From positions 2,089 through 66,088 of the forward strand of contig JASNZL010000006.1 of NCBI GenBank assembly GCA_048499675.1: a stretch of DNA of 64,000 nt, given 5' to 3'. Shown here one piece after another: positions 60,699 to 64,000 of the stretch. How positions within the stretch are numbered: the stretch's first letter is position 1; each line of letters begins with the position of its first letter. The position numbers and the translations under genes were made by a program. Origin of the DNA: Candidatus Zambryskiibacteriota bacterium (GTDB lineage: Bacteria > Patescibacteriota > Minisyncoccia > Phycocordibacterales > WO2-35-19). A model generated the notes under the pieces. It saw only the letters and a list, made by a program, of their open reading frames with translations, had not been told where the DNA came from and ran no database searches.

Positions 60699-61391
60699 TT
60701 GCCTTTTGTTAATTATAACATAATGAATATTTTAAAGTCAGTGTATAATTTTGTATCAAACCTAATACTCTACATATTCAATATTTTGGTGCCAGAAGAC
60801 GTAAAGATTGATAAAATCCTAAAAATTGATCCTAGTGATTTATTTTATTTATTACCAAAATCAAAAGCAAATATTAGAGATATTTTCGTCCTGTTTGACT
60901 ATCAAAACAATATAACAAAGAGTCTAGTCAAATCAATAAAATATAAGAATAATTTAAAAGCAAAAAAAATAATTTCACAATATTTGTTTGATGAAATTGT
61001 TTCTATTAGCTCCGACAAAGAATTATTTGGTGGAAGTTTGCCTATTTTATTACCGATGCCAATGAGTAAGAAGGAAAAGAAAGAGAGAGGTTTTAATCAA
61101 TGTGAGGAAATAGTAAGGGAGCTAGAAAAACTTAATAACAAAAACTTTGAGGTCAGATACGACATACTTTTTAAAACAAAAGAAACCGAAAGACAGACCA
61201 AACTAAGCAAACAAAAAAGACTAGAAAACGTTTTAAACTGTATGCAAGTTTTGGATGAGTCCAAAATAAAAGACAGGACCGTAATTGTATTTGACGATGT
61301 GTTTACGACTCTATCTACTCTAAAGGAAGCAAAGAGAGCTCTCCTAGAAGCTGGTTCAAGAAAAGTTATTGGTTTATTCATTGCCCATTAA
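60699..61391 (+). CDS. comFC: ComF-family phosphoribosyltransferase (ComFC-like competence protein)
   Basis: PRTase motif RTVIVFDDVFTTLSTLKEA. Confidence 0.65.
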   Translation: MPFVNYNIMNILKSVYNFVSNLILYIFNILVPEDVKIDKILKIDPSDLFYLLPKSKANIRDIFVLFDYQNNITKSLVKSIKYKNNLKAKKIISQYLFDEIVSISSDKELFGGSLPILLPMPMSKKEKKERGFNQCEEIVRELEKLNNKNFEVRYDILFKTKETERQTKLSKQKRLENVLNCMQVLDESKIKDRTVIVFDDVFTTLSTLKEAKRALLEAGSRKVIGLFIAH

Positions 61392-61406
61392 AAAACAAGA
61401 CGCGGA

Positions 61407-61766
61407 CTAACCCACGTCTTCAATTTTTTTCACAATACTTAGGAGTTTTTTTATAGAATCTGCGGATCCTTTTTGGATAAAGAAATCCCCAAAACAAAGG
61501 TTTGAGTCAGCGGAAAACCCAATAACCTTTATCTCCGGAAATTTATCCTTGATTTCTTGGGCAAGAGGCGGACCATTAGTCCCCACTTCACCTTTATCAA
61601 AAACTGGAAAGTTGCCGTCCAAAACGACAACATCAAAACCTGTGTTCAGAGTTGTTTTGGCCTGTTTGAGATTGGAAGCAATTCTAACCTCGTGCCCCAT
61701 ACTCACAAAAATATCCTGAAAGAATCTTGCGAGCATCTTTTCATCCTCAACAATGAGTATTTTCAA
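61407..61766 (-). CDS. CheY-like receiver-only response regulator
   Basis: MKILIVEDEKM...DVVVLDGNFPV...KVIGFSAD. Confidence 0.7.
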   Translation of the reverse strand: MKILIVEDEKMLARFFQDIFVSMGHEVRIASNLKQAKTTLNTGFDVVVLDGNFPVFDKGEVGTNGPPLAQEIKDKFPEIKVIGFSADSNLCFGDFFIQKGSADSIKKLLSIVKKIEDVG

Positions 61767-61820
61767 AAAAGAACCCTCCTTAGGCTCTTTTTTGAGAATA
61801 ACACAACAAACAGTAAACTA

Positions 61821-62357
61821 CTAGCTTTTCTTAAACGGAAAGTTTAGTGCCTTGAAAAATTCGGTTGCGCTATTTTTATCTTTTAGATTTGTGACGATTG
61901 TAACAGCAAAGCCAAATACGTCTTTCAAGTCTTCATCACTTGTTTCAGGGAATACAGTGTGCTCTTTTACAGAAAGAGTGTAGTTACCCATTTCATCAAC
62001 AGCATTTATTGATATGCCTCTAAAGTCTTTTGTTCTTGGAAGAGCCACGTTTAGCAATCTATCCAAAAAGCTCCACATCTTCTCACCTCGGAGAGTAACA
62101 GCAACCCCAACTATATCTCCTTCTCTTGATTTAAATGAAGCGATTGATTTCTTTGCACCTTTTTTTGAAACTTTTTGACCAGTAATTTTTGAAAGTCTGT
62201 CCTCAACTATCTCTATTTTTTTCTTATCACCAAAAGAGCCGACTCCAGAATTAACAACCACCTTCATTATTTTTGGCGCTTGCATAACATTATTTAAATT
62301 GAGTTTTTCTTTCAAATCCTTATAAGAATCTTTAACTTTTTGTTTTGTGAGTTTCAT
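61821..62357 (-). CDS. rplE: 50S ribosomal protein L5
   Basis: Canonical L5 (NVMQAPKIMKVVVNSGVG...). Confidence 0.9.
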   Translation of the reverse strand: MKLTKQKVKDSYKDLKEKLNLNNVMQAPKIMKVVVNSGVGSFGDKKKIEIVEDRLSKITGQKVSKKGAKKSIASFKSREGDIVGVAVTLRGEKMWSFLDRLLNVALPRTKDFRGISINAVDEMGNYTLSVKEHTVFPETSDEDLKDVFGFAVTIVTNLKDKNSATEFFKALNFPFKKS

Positions 62358-62453
62358 GATATTTAAATTAACCTAATTATTCTAATTGATCTAATTGGAA
62401 ATTGTGCATTATAAATTTTTTAGAATAATTAGTGTAATTAGCATAATTAGAAA

Positions 62454-62702
62454 TTAACTGACTTTCTTTATATTCGATACATGTACCGGTGTCGCTTGTT
62501 CGACTATTCTACCTTTTTCGCCTTGTTTTCTGGGTCTTTTGTGCAATTTTTTGATATTTACCCCCTCAACCAATACCCTTTCTTCTTTTGGAAAAGCACG
62601 CACAACAGCACCGGATTTTCCTTTATCCTTTCCTGTGATTACTTTTACTTTGTCCCCTTTCTTAATATGCATAATTTTTAATTTAGAATTTACAATTTTC
62701 AC
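62454..62702 (-). CDS. rplX: 50S ribosomal protein L24
   Basis: [39 protein letters not shown]. Confidence 0.9.
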   Translation of the reverse strand: MKIVNSKLKIMHIKKGDKVKVITGKDKGKSGAVVRAFPKEERVLVEGVNIKKLHKRPRKQGEKGRIVEQATPVHVSNIKKVS

Positions 62703-62798
62703 TAAATTTTCAATGTTTTAATGTTTAAAATTTGAAAATTGATAATTTTATTATTTCTTATTCGTGTCATTCGTGTGCATTCGTATATTTGTATCTTA

Positions 62799-63176
62799 TT
62801 AAATGACTTCTGGTGCCAATGACACTATTGCCTGATGTCCAGCCTCTGCGATCTCTCTTGGAATCGGACCGAATATACGACCTGCTTTTGGTACCAATTC
62901 ACCTTTCTTTTGATCTACCACAATAACTGCATTTTCATCAAATCTAATATATGAACCATCCTTTCTTCTTAGGGGAGCTTTTTGTCTAACAACAAGTCCT
63001 AGCAATACTGCTTTTTTCTTTATATCTTTTCTTGGTTCAGCTTTTTGCACAGAAAATTTAACAAGTTCACCCACTTTTGCATATCTCTTTTTTGAACTTC
63101 CAAGCACTTTAAATACTCTGCCGATCTTTGCACCAGAATTGTCCGCTATTTTTACTATTGTTTGTGGTTGAATCAT
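62799..63176 (-). CDS. rplN: 50S ribosomal protein L14
   Basis: MIQPQTIVKIADNSGAKIGRVFKVLG. Confidence 0.92.
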   Translation of the reverse strand: MIQPQTIVKIADNSGAKIGRVFKVLGSSKKRYAKVGELVKFSVQKAEPRKDIKKKAVLLGLVVRQKAPLRRKDGSYIRFDENAVIVVDQKKGELVPKAGRIFGPIPREIAEAGHQAIVSLAPEVI

Positions 63177-63249
63177 AAATTAGTATTAAAGTTTAAATAT
63201 TTGAAAGTTTATAAAGTTATTCTGTTCTTTACTTTTTACTTGCGCCTTT

Positions 63250-63513
63250 TTAACTTGCAACTATCTTAAAATGCTTATCTTTTGAAATCGGACTGCAAGA
63301 CACTATTTCCACTTTATCTCCAATCTTTTTTGTATTACCCTTATCGTCCGCTTTGTATTTTTTATTTATTTTGTAATACTTTTTGTATTTCGGATGTTTG
63401 ACAAATCGTGTCACCTCAACAACAACCGTATCCGTCATTTTATCTGAAACAACAACTCCCCTCAAAGTCTTCAAAATTTTTGTACTATTATTTTTTACTA
63501 TATCTTTTGTCAT
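63250..63513 (-). CDS. rpsQ: 30S ribosomal protein S17
   Basis: LRGVVVSDKMTDTVVVEVTRFVKHPKYKK. Confidence 0.9.
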   Translation of the reverse strand: MTKDIVKNNSTKILKTLRGVVVSDKMTDTVVVEVTRFVKHPKYKKYYKINKKYKADDKGNTKKIGDKVEIVSCSPISKDKHFKIVAS

Positions 63514-63514
63514 T

Positions 63515-63700
63515 TTATTCTTTATTTTTCTGACTTAATGCAGTTTTTATTCTTGCAATTTCTTTTTTTAAATTTGAATATTGTTTTACATTTTTATTCT
63601 TGCTACCAGCTACACCAAATCTAAGATCACGCAAAGAAATATTTTTTTCTCCCAATTCCTTTTCCAAATCCTTTTTATCTTTTTTTAATAAATCTTTCAT
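63515..63700 (-). CDS. rpmC: 50S ribosomal protein L29
   Basis: EKNISLRDLRFGVAGSKNKNVKQYSNLKKEIARIKTAL. Confidence 0.85.
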   Translation of the reverse strand: MKDLLKKDKKDLEKELGEKNISLRDLRFGVAGSKNKNVKQYSNLKKEIARIKTALSQKNKE

Positions 63701-63718
63701 TTTTTTATTTAAATCAAA

Positions 63719-64000
63719 TTATTCTCTTGCAACAATTTTTGTTTTTACTGGCATCTTTGTTCCGCCTTTTCTAAGAGCTTCAAAGGCCACTGGTTGTGTG
63801 ATTCCATCTACCTCAAACATAACCTGACCAACCTTAACCGGAGCACAATATCCTTCCAAATCACCCTTTCCTTTACCCATCTTTACCTCTGCAGGTTTTT
63901 TTGTAAAAGGCATATCAGGAAAAATTCTAATCCAAACTCTGCCAGTTTTACCTACCGCTTTGTTAATTGCTTTTCTGGCTGCTTCAATTTGATTTGAGGT
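63719..64000 (-). CDS. rplP: 50S ribosomal protein L16 (N-terminus beyond the window end)
   Basis: ...[44 protein letters not shown]... The frame stays open to the window edge. Confidence 0.85.
   Translation of the reverse strand, partial: TSNQIEAARKAINKAVGKTGRVWIRIFPDMPFTKKPAEVKMGKGKGDLEGYCAPVKVGQVMFEVDGITQPVAFEALRKGGTKMPVKTKIVARE

Overview
This is an AT-rich (about 33% GC), gene-dense bacterial window with small proteins, many type IV pilus genes and fragmented ribosomal-protein operons, which suggests a CPR/Patescibacteria-like genome. Stop codons look standard. Content by region:

- **1-6.6 kb:** a thymidylate/folate cluster (thyA 3' end, two HIT proteins, a dCMP-deaminase fusion, a RibL/TagD-like cytidylyltransferase, folA, a frameshifted ATP-grasp ligase, MTHFS), interrupted by a 55%-GC foreign membrane-protein gene.
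- **6.8-9.7 kb:** rplK, nusG and secE, with a GxxExxY gene inserted between rplK and nusG, plus an IS481-like IS.
- **9.7-13.3 kb:** a SIMPL protein, a secreted Cys-repeat/PT-linker protein and folD.
- **13.3-16.0 kb:** a rearrangement hotspot holding a GC-rich orphan gene, an IS30 with terminal inverted repeats, a galU remnant and two tRNA-Thr genes with duplicated 3' fragments.
- **16-29 kb:** housekeeping, repair and envelope genes: DedA, NUDIX, an M10 protease, HIT, pilin, AlkD, rhodanese, MGMT, TspO, MscL, SPFH, GDSL, MliC, and a lexA-dinB operon with a Cheo-type SOS box.
- **29.8-31.5 kb:** a GC-rich lipoprotein gene and a decayed second IS copy.
- **31.7-36.9 kb:** a very AT-rich five-gene operon, the main candidate for a novel system. 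It encodes an AsnRS-catalytic-domain paralog, an S66/MccF-like peptidase, a GT4 glycosyltransferase, an AlaRS-catalytic-domain paralog and a SAM methyltransferase.
- **37.0-40.2 kb:** a tRNA cluster in which tRNA-Asp and one tRNA-Met(CAT) carry group I introns in the anticodon loop, with free-standing LAGLIDADG homing-endonuclease genes alongside.
- **40.8-47.7 kb:** TrmB, a histidine phosphatase, a HEPN-like membrane protein, frameshifted gatA, gatC, an XRE regulator and ligA.
- **47.9-61.8 kb:** a large type IV pilus/competence cluster (pseudopilins, pilD, pilin, yjbQ, pilC/T/B, pilMNO, two CheY receivers, comFC) inserted into the ribosomal-protein operon (rplE, rplX, rplN, rpsQ, rpmC, rplP).

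Short AT-rich octamer and CGTA-heptad tandem repeats recur throughout intergenic spacers and also sit in-frame inside several genes.
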